From Felis catus (Eukaryota), in contig NC_058368.1 in assembly GCF_018350175.1 (NCBI RefSeq), positions 78,060,001 through 78,124,000 of the forward strand: DNA of 64,000 nucleotides, given 5' to 3'. The translations under genes and the position numbers were made by a program. Below, one piece after another: positions 14,732-25,794 of the stretch (within the stretch, counting starts at the first letter, position 1; each line of letters begins with the position of its first letter). Under the pieces are notes generated by a model that ran no database searches, was not told the origin of the DNA, and saw only the letters and a program-made list of their open reading frames with translations.

Positions 14732-14752
14732 TTCAGCACCACGGACAGAGAC
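14732..14752 (+). promoter_or_regulatory. RE1/NRSE (REST binding site)
   Basis: TTCAGCACCACGGACAGAGAC versus canonical TTCAGCACCACGGACAGCGCC: 19/21, with both half-sites and the spacing intact. Confidence 0.9.
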
Positions 14753-15695
14753 ACTTCTACTGGCACTGGCGCCCTTGATTAATTACATTGACCATTTCTT
14801 AAGAAACTTGCATTGGCTTCTCCTTTGTCAATCAGCAAGTATTATATCCATTATTATATTCAACAGGAAGAGGCTGAATATAATACACTCTATTAAGGAG
14901 CTCATAGCATCTAGCATTTGCCATTTAGCACTTCTGTAGAGGATCCTGATAATTAAAGCTAATTACGTAAGGTGTGTTAAATTAGCTCACACTGTTCATC
15001 GATCACCAGATATTTAAATAAAACTTTCTACTCATAATGAGTCTCAGATCAGTTATTATACAAATGTCTAAGAGAAAACAGGAAACTTATGGTGAATAAA
15101 TACACTTAGGTAGGCCTCCATACTTCCCAAACAACCAGAATTACCCCTGTGAAACAAGTAAAATGCTTTTTCATTCTTCCTGCATAAACAACTACAAACA
15201 CTTTCTTTTGTTCCTCTGGCCAACCAATTTAATGATGTCACTATATCAGAGAGAACATGTGTGCAGGTCCATAAGCCAAACCACACATGCCTGTCACTGA
15301 CTGATTTTATCTGGGGTCATCAGTATCCAGTTCCATCTGTCTTCCTAACAAGCTGCATTCAAATTCCATTAAAAAAAATGGTAACAGAGTTTGAACCAAC
15401 TGCATAAATGTAACAGATAGCAAAGCATCAGCTTTATCATCTCAGAACGCCAGGGTCTTTCCTGAGCTTCCAAGGATTCCCAGAAGGCACCAGTCCACCG
15501 GCAATCTTCAAGGTGTTCCCAACTTAAGCAAGTCAGGCCCTCCTAACCACAAAAACAACAAGTGAAGTAACAAAACCAGAGTCGGAAAAAAAAAAAAAAA
15601 AACTATTTTAAAACTCTAGAGGACGTCTCCGGCCAAACACACAGACAGTAAAGCTCAAGAGGGGGCGAAAAAAAAAAAAAACCCACTGTTCCTAC

Positions 15696-16628
15696 CTTAC
15701 AGTCTTCAGGACAGGATTTCACCGAGTACTCCTCCGACTGTAAATATTTATGGAGCACACTCTCAAACTCTTCGTATTTCTCCTGAGCGTGGTGGTCGTA
15801 GTCTTGGTAAGCCTCGACGCACTGCCGGCAAGTGGCCATCTCGCCGCCCTCCTTGAGCACCACATCCAGACTACAGTTCAAAGTGTTGGGACTGGATAAC
15901 CCCGAGAACAATTCCCAAAGTGTGTAGGAATTACAAAACGAAAGGTAAAAATCTGACAAGTTCCAGAGCGGAGTTGGATGCGTCCCCCTCACCTGCTGCT
16001 CCTCCCCCGCGGCCGCCACCCCCCGACTCCAGTTCCTGGCGCACACGGCGTCCGCGCTCTCCACCGTGAAGCACTGGCCCGAAGAGGCGCCCTGGGGGTA
16101 ACAAGTCTCCAGGCGCCACAGCGGTTTGGCAGAGTTTCCTAGAAAAAGAGCCTTGCTCCGGTTGTTTTTGCCTCGGTCGCCCTTGCCGCCGCCGCCGTCT
16201 CCCGGGGAGGGGGGCAGGGTGGGGGACGAGGAGGCGGAGAGGAGTCTGTGCGCCTGGGCGGCGGGCGAGGACTCCCCCATGCTCGCCAGGAGCGCGGGCC
16301 AGGAGGGCTCCTGCTGCCGCTGCCGCTGCTGCTGCTGCTGCTGCTGCTGCCGCTGCCGCTGCTGCTGCTGCCGCTGCTGCTGCTGATGCTGCTGATGTTG
16401 CTGCTGCTGCTGCTGCTCCTTGTCCCGGGCCCGGGTCAGCTTGGCCTCGGCGCAGAACCACAAGTGATCAGAGAGCAGGACTGTGAAAAACAAGAGAGAT
16501 GCCAGAGACAGTCGCCATTTCTGAGCCCTCTCTGAATCGATGAACGGTTTCTCGTTCTCCCGGGGTGCGGCCAACCAGATTTTTAAGCCGTCGTCATACT
16601 GCCGACACATCCAAGCACCCCTGGTCAT
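15696..16628 (-). CDS. NALF1: NALCN channel auxiliary factor 1 (FAM155A), first coding exon (311 codons); later exons lie beyond the left edge of the window
   Basis: The translation [84 protein letters not shown]...[17 protein letters not shown]...[27 protein letters not shown]...[45 protein letters not shown] matches my recollection of human FAM155A. Similarity ends at an AAG|GTAGGA donor (exon end 15696, phase 0). It has an N-terminal hydrophobic segment, a Cys-rich ectodomain and N-glycosylation sequons (NWS, NLS, NCS). Confidence 0.97.
16311..16415 (-). repeat. Coding CAG/CGG/CAT trinucleotide tract encoding a 35-aa Q-rich run (Q6 H Q2 H Q4 R Q4 RQR Q8 RQR Q2)
   Basis: Read directly as (ctg)n with ccg/atg interruptions on the + strand. 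Confidence 0.97.
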
Positions 16629-16699
16629 ATTTTGGGAACGCACAGCCCTGGCCGACTCCACCGTGAGGGCTCCTGTGCCGGTGTCACCACAATATGCAT
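16625..16699 (-). other. uORF (24 aa, [24 protein letters not shown]) whose TGA overlaps the NALF1 ATG
   Basis: Manual minus-strand translation: ATG at 16699 runs to ...AAA ATA TGA, sharing ATGA with the main start at 16628. Confidence 0.7.
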
Positions 16700-16737
16700 T
16701 GACTTAAAGGGTTTAATTTCCTTATCCCCTCCTCCCG

Positions 16738-16740
<3 letters not shown>

Positions 16741-16777
<37 letters not shown>
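16741..16777. repeat. (CT)n/(GA)n microsatellite in the NALF1 5' leader
   Basis: Direct reading. Confidence 0.95.
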
Positions 16778-16783
<6 letters not shown>

Positions 16784-16889
16784 CTTTCTCTTTTTGCCTA
16801 CATAAATATTACCAATCTTTGGAGGAAGATCTGACTTGCTCCCGACCTAATCATAAGCCGACCCCATCGTCTGTAGAGTGGAAAACAAT

Positions 16890-16893
<4 letters not shown>

Positions 16894-16938
<45 letters not shown>
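16894..16938. repeat. (GA)n microsatellite; on the gene strand a (TC)n polypyrimidine tract
   Basis: Direct reading. Confidence 0.95.
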
Positions 16939-16939
<1 letters not shown>

Positions 16940-17160
16940 CAGTCGGAGGAGGCAGGGGCTGGTGGCCGGTGGTGAGCTGAGTGCAGGAGGTGATGGTGGA
17001 GGTGGCGGGGTGGCTGGCGCTGATCCTCTCTCACCCAGGCATTGTCACAGCGCGGGTCCCCATGGCCCCGCTGAGGACAGCCCGCTCTCCCCTGCCAGGG
17101 GCATGCCGCGTCTCCGCTGCCCACTGACGGCGACCAGAGCGCCTCCCCAGCTCCGCTCCT

Positions 17161-17202
17161 CTCCTCCTCCTCCTCCTCCTCCTCCTCCTCCTCCTCCTCC
17201 TC
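17161..17202. repeat. (CTC)14 / (GAG)14 trinucleotide repeat
   Basis: Direct reading. Confidence 0.95.
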
Positions 17203-17344
17203 TTCCTCCTCCTTCCTCTCCTTCTCCTTTCTCTCCTCCTCCGCCTGCTCCTACTTCTCGCTCGCTCTCCCCGAGTCCGGAGCCTGGGCAGCCGCCGCCG
17301 GCAGGGCTCTCCCTCCCCCCCACCCCCCACCCCGCGCTCGAACT

Positions 17345-17389
<45 letters not shown>
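17345..17389. repeat. (GCC)15 / (GGC)15 trinucleotide repeat
   Basis: Direct reading; uninterrupted. Confidence 0.95.
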
Positions 17390-17391
<2 letters not shown>

Positions 17392-20300
17392 AGGTCTGCC
17401 CGCGGGCGCCGCCGCGGCCGGGCTCCGACTGCTGACGCCGCCTCCCCCGGACCTCGGGGCCGAATCGCCTGGGCTGGGCCTCCCGAGAGCCACAGTCATC
17501 TTCAGTCCCCGGCTAAGTTGCCGCCATCTTCGTCCTGGAGAAACACTTTTTTGGGGGGGAGCACTGGCTTTTGCGTCATCTCCTCCCGCGCGGAGATCTC
17601 TCCATCCTGGCGCATTGGCACCGGACTGGGCCCCGGGCGCAGCGGGAGGGCGAGGACGCTCGGGGGCCGGCGGGGTGGGGGCCGGCGGGGTGGGGGCCGG
17701 CTGCGCCCGCGGGCCCCGCCGGAGCTCCGAGGCCGCTTTAGGGTTTTCTCTTCTGCTCCCACTGACCGAGGTCAGATTGCCGAGCGCACGGCCGAGGATG
17801 CCGGCTAATGTCTACAGCATTTCCCGCTCCCGCTCTGCCTCCGGAGAAAGTCCGAGCGGCAGGCGGGCGGGCGGCACTTGGGAGGTTTCCGGCGGGGCGA
17901 GGGTCTGGGTACTGCCTTCTCCACTAAGGAATGATGGAGGTCAGATGAAAGGATGGGGGCAAGAGAGGAAATACGAATGGCCTGGACAAGACAGGAGAGG
18001 ACATTTGCTCTCTGCAGGTGCCTAGGGAGCCCCAGACAACTGGAGATCAACAGCCTGCAGTGTATTGAATTGTCAGATGATTTTAGTGTTTGGAAGGGAT
18101 GCTGTGTGTGTGCGCGCACCTGTTATCTACAGTCGTAGCTGCGTATGTTACAGCGACATATTCCAAAATAAAATTAGGAGGTTACAGACAACCTCACAGG
18201 GTCTCAGGAAAAAACAGTTAAGAAGACCTGGGCTACCGGGGGTGGCCGCCTAGCGCTCTGCTCCCGGTTCGACGTCCTGACCACGGAGGATTCCTCCTCG
18301 TATCTGGAGCATCCCAGACCCCCGGGACCCCCCCCCTCGGAAGGGGTGCGCCCCAGCCCCCACTGAGTCCGGCTTCGCTACCGCCAGGACTTCCGCAGCA
18401 GCGGGCTGCCGGGCTGCCCCGGAGGCGGCCGCTGCAGCCCGAGCCTCTGGTGCCCCTTAGCGTTGGCTCCGGGAGTTCCGAGAATGCAAAGCAACAGACG
18501 CGCAGGGAAAACCTGGGGTCCCCCCTCGCTCCCGGCTCCTGCCGTGCCGGACGAAACTGTGGGCAAACGTATCGTTTTACCCGAAGGCCCTGCCCACTCC
18601 GCCCCCCCCCCCCCCGCTCCCACCGGGCGGCGGGAACAGGAGGCCGCGTGGGGCCAGCTCCCCGGTGCGCACACCCGGAGCGCAGCGCCGTCTCCAGCTC
18701 TCTCTAGCTGTCACCTAGGGCAGGGGTTTGCTCCACCTGGCCACTTACGGGTCAACTTTCCTTCCTCTGCTTCCTAATGACCTACATACTCTGTCCGGTG
18801 CACACTCACATGGGCAATACTATGTGCCATCGTTCTAAGTAAATATCTCGGGAGAACCAAAAGGATGGATCCCCATTCGTATTCATTTTCCTCTCAGGGG
18901 GGACTGTGAGTGTTGGCACACGGAGAAGGGGGTCTTTTCTTTTTTAATGGCAAGTTGAAAACCGTAATGGGCAGGATTCAACCAGGCAGCCCTTTCCGCG
19001 CATAACATACATACTAAATTTTACTAAACGTGAATCCTAAGTTCATATAAAACGTACGCGGTAACCATCAAAGCTTGGTGCAGTCTGAGGGCTGGTTGAT
19101 TTTTCCGTGTCATGTAATGTGTTAAAAAGACCATTCGTGTAGGTATAGCATTCTGGCACTTTGGATTTCAACATGTTAAATTTTTTTAACTACATAGGAG
19201 ATATAGAAACTAACCGATATATATATCCTATGGCAAGTTTATCCTTACCTCAAAGCATCTTTTAAATAAGCAAAAATTGAGGTTCTGTTGAAGATTAAAC
19301 ATGGAATAAAACTTTTTTTTTCTGAGCTTTGTATGTGAACCCAGCTTCAGCTGAAGAGATAGTCTTTGAATTCTTCTCTCTTCTGATAGCTTAGATATTT
19401 TGGCATTGAATAAAATACTCTTTTCTCAACGAGTGACGTAGACCACGATATCCTTTGGAAAAAATCCCTGAAAATTTTAGAAAGCATTCTTCCCCCTTCT
19501 TATCGGGATTACTCTTCTCTTAAATTTAAATTTTCAACCCTCTTAAACCAAACCAGATTTAAATACAACATAAAGTCGGCTTGTGGACATGAGTATAGGT
19601 CTGGCATTTTCTATTGTATAAATAAATATATGCGGAAGATATTATCTGAAGTCTGCATTGCTATTATGCAATAGGAGATTCTGCAGAACCTGAAAGTGAA
19701 CATATCACATTCTAAATCCTGAGATGATTCTCTCTCCCTGTCGTTTTGAACCGGTTGTGCCCTCGTGATGAAATCTAGATGGAATGCAATAATTCAAGGC
19801 CTTTCTTCTTACAAACTCAAAGTGAGGATTTTGTAAATTTTTTAGGTTAATGTTAAGACGACTTTTTCTTGATTATCTCTGTTGCCTATCTACCCTTATC
19901 TCTATCTCTAGATTTAGCTGTTTAAAACCTGGGTGGCATGATTTAATTTCACTGCTTTCTCCTATCTACCCCTTCATTTTTTGTCAGTTTGTTTCTTCCT
20001 AATTTGACAGGTTTATATTTCTCTTGAGCTCTCCTGTGCGAGATAGAAAGTTCAGAAAATGCTTGGCTCGGGAAGCCCACAGGGTCCCTGAGCTAAGAAA
20101 GCTCACACAGAAAGCTCACAGGCAGACCAGACAGAGTTCCAAAACACAAATATGATCTGAAGGCAGCTACCATTTTAACATGAATATGGGAAATCCATTG
20201 GAGCCCTCCTGCTACCCTAAAAGGGAAAAGGTGAGCACAGTGACTGCTGTTAAGGGTTCTCAGGCTGAAATTCCCACACAACCACTGCCCAGCTGTGCAG

Positions 20301-20734
20301 CAACCCACTGCCACCCAACCCAGTGCCCTTTGCACCCCATGTGCCTCCAAGCCTGGCAGCTTGGACTTTCAGCTCAGGTCAAACTCTTGTTCACAGTAAT
20401 TGAAAGCTCCTTGGTTGAATACGAAAAAGACCTTAAGTTTCTGTTGCAAGAAAAATATGGCAAAAGTTCTGCTGAAAGGAACCCTCGGTATTTGTTCTTA
20501 AAATAGATACTCTTTCTTCTCCCAAGTCCAGTATACTGTCATCTTCTACTAACTCCCTTCCCCAACACAACCACTTCACATTTACTCTCAGCTTCAGGTT
20601 TCATGTGCAAGCCTGAAGCTGTGCTTCAGTGAATGCTCCTGTTATTGACAGACTCACAGAAATTCCTAAGGGATGTATTTTAAAGCTAAGGACCAACACT
20701 ACTATTGGGATCAAGCTATTCACAATTACTCCAA

Positions 20735-20958
20735 CAGTGTTTCTCAGCCATCACCTCTATGGAGGTTCAGGGTCAGATAATTCTTCTTTGCGGGGAGGAG
20801 GGAACTGTCCTACATTTTGCACAAGGTTCAGCAAGCTTCATATTCTCTACTCACAAATATCAGTAGCACACCCAACTCTCCCCAGTTCTGGCCACTCAAA
20901 ATGTCCGCAAGCATTGGCAAATGCCTGGGAGCAAGGTCACCGCAGCTGAGAACCACTG
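20735..20958. mobile_element. MER20-like hAT MITE, full length
   Basis: TIRs CAGTGTTTCTCA...TGAGAACCACTG; internal GATAATTCTT and AAAATGTCC...CATTGGCAAATG; about 220 bp. Confidence 0.8.
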
Positions 20959-21541
20959 CTCTAGGAACACACCAAAGTAATAGTTACTTAATTCACATCT
21001 GTATGGGAGAGGTTCTGGCATCCAAGATGAAACTGTAACTTTTTCTTTATATTCAAGGAATTTATAATCTCAGAACTCCTCACCTGAGAATCACCACCTC
21101 ATCACAGAATATTTTTAAGGGACTAGAAAATGCTGAAACTCTCTTAACTTCTCTGCCTAATACAAAGTTAAGCGGGTAATTGACAATTATCGTTTAAATC
21201 TGGTCAATGTCAGAATTTGTGTGTTCATATATATTGTTATTATACAACTACTGTATGTACATTACAGACAATTACAACAAATAATCAATTTTAAAAGTTG
21301 TAAGTAATCCCAACACCCATATGTAGTCATTGTTTCCACTCTGTAGCATCTAGCATTTATCTTATATTATAAATCCCATTTGGTGACACTTACTAAACCA
21401 GACTTTTAAGGACTGAAGTCAGAAGTATCATAGCATACATATCCACATTTATTAGATAATAATGCAAATTTCTCTTCAGTATTGCATTGTTAATTTTAAT
21501 CAGAGACACACAAATTCTAATAGTGTCTCAGAACATTAGCA

Positions 21542-21599
<58 letters not shown>
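21542..21599. repeat. Compound (TC)n(TG)n microsatellite
   Basis: Direct reading. Confidence 0.95.
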
Positions 21600-21600
<1 letters not shown>

Positions 21601-24454
21601 TTAAATCACAAAGAGTACTAGGAATGGGGAAATTTTTAAAAAATGACAATATATAAAATTAAAGGTCCATTACTCTCAAACAAGGGGAAGAACCAAAACC
21701 AGGCACTGTTATTTTTATCTTGTTGTTATTCATATCTAGTCAAATTATGTCTCACAAAATATTTCAATGATGCTTAGTAAAAGTCTGATATACTGCATTA
21801 AAATAACTGTTTTATCTGATTTTTTTTTATAATTGGGACAGAAATACTTTCTTTCTACGATAGACTATAGTCTGTTCTTTGTTTTTAAGGAATCTGAACC
21901 TTGCCTTCCTCTAACAGTTCCCATGAATTAAGATGTTTTAAAGTAAGACACTTCAAGGGTACACGCCCTCTGAAAGTAAAATGCCAACAACCCATCCTAT
22001 TCTGCTCATTGTACATCAGTTCTCTGGGGAGACCAAGATGTCTGACCTTGGGAAGTTTAGTCAAGGAGCAGAGAAAAAGACTAGTCTGGCAACCACAATA
22101 CAATAAAGAACGCTCAAGGATTACCAATTTAGGAGACTTCGGAGGAGGGCTTGACTCCAATCTGATTTTGAGAGGGACCCCAGGATAGAAAGCTATCAGG
22201 GACATGGAGTGACATTAGGAAGCATTCTTGAAGAAGACCTCCAATGTCCAAAGGCTCTGGTGCTTGAAGGAACCCAGCAGGGAGAATTTTATGGGCAAGT
22301 GGGCTGCGCTAGAGTCTAGGGGCATGTGGGGGTATCAAGGACGAGACTAGAGAGAAGGAATGGAGTGCCATCATGAGTGACACTGTATAATAAGCAAACT
22401 GGTTCTTCTGAATGTGGTCGGGATTCGTTGAGGAAATGTAGGTAATGCTTTGAAAGTCTGTCTTCAGGAACATCACTGTTCATTAAAATCAACATGATAT
22501 AAAATATATTCAGAGAAGGTGTTAACCAGGTTAGTAAATGTTGATCCTTGTTGGCTTATCAGCTCAAATGTAACACAGTAAAAAAGAAGGGCAAATAGCT
22601 TGGCTGGAATGTAGGTTTCATTTATCAGAAAAAGCAGGCTGTGGAGTCTGGAAACTCCTACGTGGGTTTCACCTGAGAGTGTGACTAATGGCACAGAGTA
22701 GTTTAATAGCACAGGCACATTTCAGGAGGTTGCTGACTAGTACACAGTTGCAAATACATTATCTTGAGGTATCTGGCAACAGGATGAGCTTTTTGCAAGA
22801 GAACACTGCAGAAATTTTCTACACACAGAACAGAACTCCATGTGTACTGTGTTCAGGATGGCATCTATGCTTCTATCTTTAAAAGAATTCCAAGTTCTTA
22901 TATGATTAGACTTATTTTCATGGGAATCTGTACTTTTATTCCTATTTAAATGGCAACGTTTGTTATGCATCAGAAGGGAGACAGTTTTCTTACTCTGTTT
23001 TTACATTATAAAATATATAAAACAATACACTGGTTGTCTTCTCAAACATTTGCCCCAATTCCTTAGAGTTAACATCTGCCAAACCATTTTACCAGAGAAA
23101 GTGAAATCTAACATCTTTTTTTCTGGTGAGAATCGCTGCTTGAATATTTCCACCCCATAAATCAAATATATAACCACCCTGAGACATTTTCTTTTTTCAT
23201 TTTGAATGTCTTCTGGGTGCACAAAAATAGGCACATCCTCTTTGACTTTATTATACACTATGCACCACATATAAGTGAAAATAAACTGCATTCTTATATA
23301 CCTATTGATCTGGAAAAGAATGTTATGCTTTCACAATTCATAGATAATGTACAAATTCTTGACCAGCATAACTGTATTTTTAAAAGCAGATTAAACATAA
23401 AGAGCTAATAAAGAGTAGCCTGTTTATTTATAAAGAAGATAAGATTAAACCTTTAGCTTTTAGGCCAACTAGAGTTTACTAATATAACCTCTCTGTAAAG
23501 AAAAAGGTAGGTTCTGGCACCATCAGGTGTCTGAGGACTCTGGTTAATTAGCAACAATGTGCCAGAGTCTCTTGATGACCTCAGTTGACCTGGACTCAAT
23601 TAGGTTCACTGAGCAAAACTAGAACTTGCTCCCTCTCTGTATACTTCCAAGGTGATGTAGCTCATTGGTTTCCAAAGGCTGGTGGGCAGAGAGTCAAGTA
23701 GGGATTGGTAACCTTGGACCTCTCCCCACAGACCTGCTTCAGTAGGACTAAAATGAGGTCCAGGGAAACTGCATTTCTCAAAAGTCCCTCTTGATAACTT
23801 CGCACAACCAATGAATCCTTCTATTCAAGGTGAAGGCCCCACTGGATAGAGTGGCCAGTGTTAGTCAAATTAGAATAGACACTCTAAAACAATATCAAGA
23901 TTCAGAATGTTGGAGAATGTAATGCTAAATAATATTATTTGTGATTAAGAGTTAGCACATACAGACTTAAGTGCTTCCATGAATGCTTTCCACCGAATGC
24001 ATGTAGTGCACCACACATAATGAGATCATCATCATCATAGAAATTGCTTATTTTTGGCCAAATACTGTGCTGAGTATGTATGTCAACACACACACAGAGT
24101 TTTGCAAGTAAAAAAGTGACAAGGATAAAACATGTCTTCCAAGATTCACAGAGCAAGGTCCATATGGAGAAATGAACAGGAGTTAGTGAGAATATAAAAG
24201 ATTTGAACAGTAGGAAAAATATGCCTGTGTCTGTATAGGAAGATGATTGTTATAAAGATGGAAAGTCTCTCCAAGTTAATTTACATATACCTGAAAACAA
24301 GGTGAGATTATTTTTCCTGAAAGAAATTATCCCTTTTAACAGAGGGAGCTACCTTATACTTGAATCCTTACAAAATCTGTCATGTTATAGGGACTATTTT
24401 CTTTCAAACTTACCAATAAGGGAAGATACATTCCCCTAAAATAATATCCACTAA

Positions 24455-24786
24455 GGGCGCCTGGGTGGCTCTGTCAGGTAAGCATCTGACTTCAGCTCAG
24501 GTCATGATCTCAGTTTGGGGTGTTTTAATTTTTTAATATTTTTTTAATGTTTATTTATTTTTGAGAGAGAGAAAGACAGAATGTGAGCGGGGGAGGGCAG
24601 AGAGCGGGGGAGGGAGGGAGACACAAAATCCGAAGCAGGCCCCAGGCTCTGAGCTGCAGCACAGAGCCCAATGCAGGGCTCCAACTCATGAACTGTCAGA
24701 TCATGAGGATCATGACTTGAGCTGGTCAGAAGCTTAACCGACTGAGCCACCCAGGCACCCCTCATGGTTCCCCCACTTGCGCTCTG

Positions 24787-24822
<36 letters not shown>

Positions 24823-24850
24823 CGAAATAAACGTTAAAAAAAGATTAAAA
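24455..24850 (+). mobile_element. Can-SINE host with internal deletion, containing an antisense Can-SINE (~24525-24761)
   Basis: Outer TSD AAAATAATATCCACTAA (24438 and 24850); complete minus-strand SINE inside. Confidence 0.9.
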
Positions 24851-25370
24851 AAATAATATCCACTAATGTTGGTTTTAGATGTTTATAAGGTTACCAGATG
24901 AAGCTGTCAATGTAACAAAGGAAATTTTTTTTAAAGAAGGTAAATTTAGTGATTATTTCCGGGAAAATGATTCAACGATAGCAAGTATTAGATGTCATTC
25001 TAAATAAAGATTTTTAAGATCACAGTAGAAAACAATATAATAAATGGTCATGTGGCAGTGGTTAAGAACACATTTTCAAGGATTTTTGTTTGTTTCTTAT
25101 AAAAGAAGAGTCTCACCATTATACAAATGGATTCTCCGGTTTGGTACAGTATTTCCCAGTGACATTCTCATAGAACCACCCAAGTGCTGCTTTACCATTC
25201 CAGACAGAGCTCCTTGTTTGTTGATCCATTTAACCAATATATATTGAGTTATATACTCTTTACTTTTTGAGGAATATAAATACGAACATGTCTTCAATGT
25301 GTTCTAAATAGAGTTGCCATTTTACTACTGACTACTTCCCTTTTTGGTGTTTCCACAATAATCTACACAG

Positions 25371-25545
25371 CAGTGCTTCTTAATCAGTTTGGGGGTGAGG
25401 TGTCTCTTTGACTATCTGACAAAAGCTCTTCAGAGTCTCCCCAAAAAAGATTACTTATATGCTCATATACTCAATATTTTGCCCATAATTTTGCAGGGTT
25501 CACAGACTTCCTAAAACCCCATCGTGAGTCATTCATATCAGATAA
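25371..25545. mobile_element. hAT-Charlie-type MITE fragment
   Basis: CAGTGCTTCTTAA...CTTTGACTATCTGACAAAAGCT...ATAATTTTGCAGGGTTCACAGAC. Confidence 0.5.
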
Positions 25546-25794
25546 ACATTATCTGTTGTAGACCTTTCTAGCCTGATATATGCCTATAAATACTGCCTGT
25601 GTTTGCTTATACATCTGCTCTTCTAAGAACAACAACAACAACAACAAAACACTTTGTTGTAAGCTCCTCAGGGGCAGAATGTCTTTCTCCATTTACTCTG
25701 CGGCTAACAGAGTAACAGCACATATCAACATTTATTGAGTGAAAGTGTGTATGTGTAAAGAATAATTGAACAGGACCACACAGATCCTTTCTTC

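Larger units (their letters stand above)
1..15695 (-). other. NALF1: NALF1 intron 1 (partial)
   Basis: Begins at the GT donor 15695-15694. I saw no exon-2 peptide (recalled as IVYKAWLCSQYF...) in the window. Confidence 0.9.
15800..18720. promoter_or_regulatory. NALF1 CpG island / proximal promoter and 5' leader
   Basis: Very high GC and CpG density spanning exon 1 and upstream sequence, against AT-rich flanks. YY1 motif GCCGCCATCTT at 17520-17530; CRE half-sites TGACGC near 17433 and 17573. Confidence 0.9.

Noticed and set aside
15603..15695. C-terminal VGTVGFFFF... of the 352-aa ORF
   Set aside because: This is read-through past the AAG|GTAGGA donor into intron 1, not NALF1 sequence.
16629..16661. 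N-terminal extension [11 protein letters not shown] in the ORF track
   Set aside because: It starts at a GTG chosen by the ORF caller. The recognisable NALF1 protein begins at ATG 16628.
15931..18777. Many overlapping ORFs rich in poly-A, -P, -G, -R, -C or -L
   Set aside because: They are alternative frames of trinucleotide repeats and stop-poor GC-rich DNA, with no recognisable domains.
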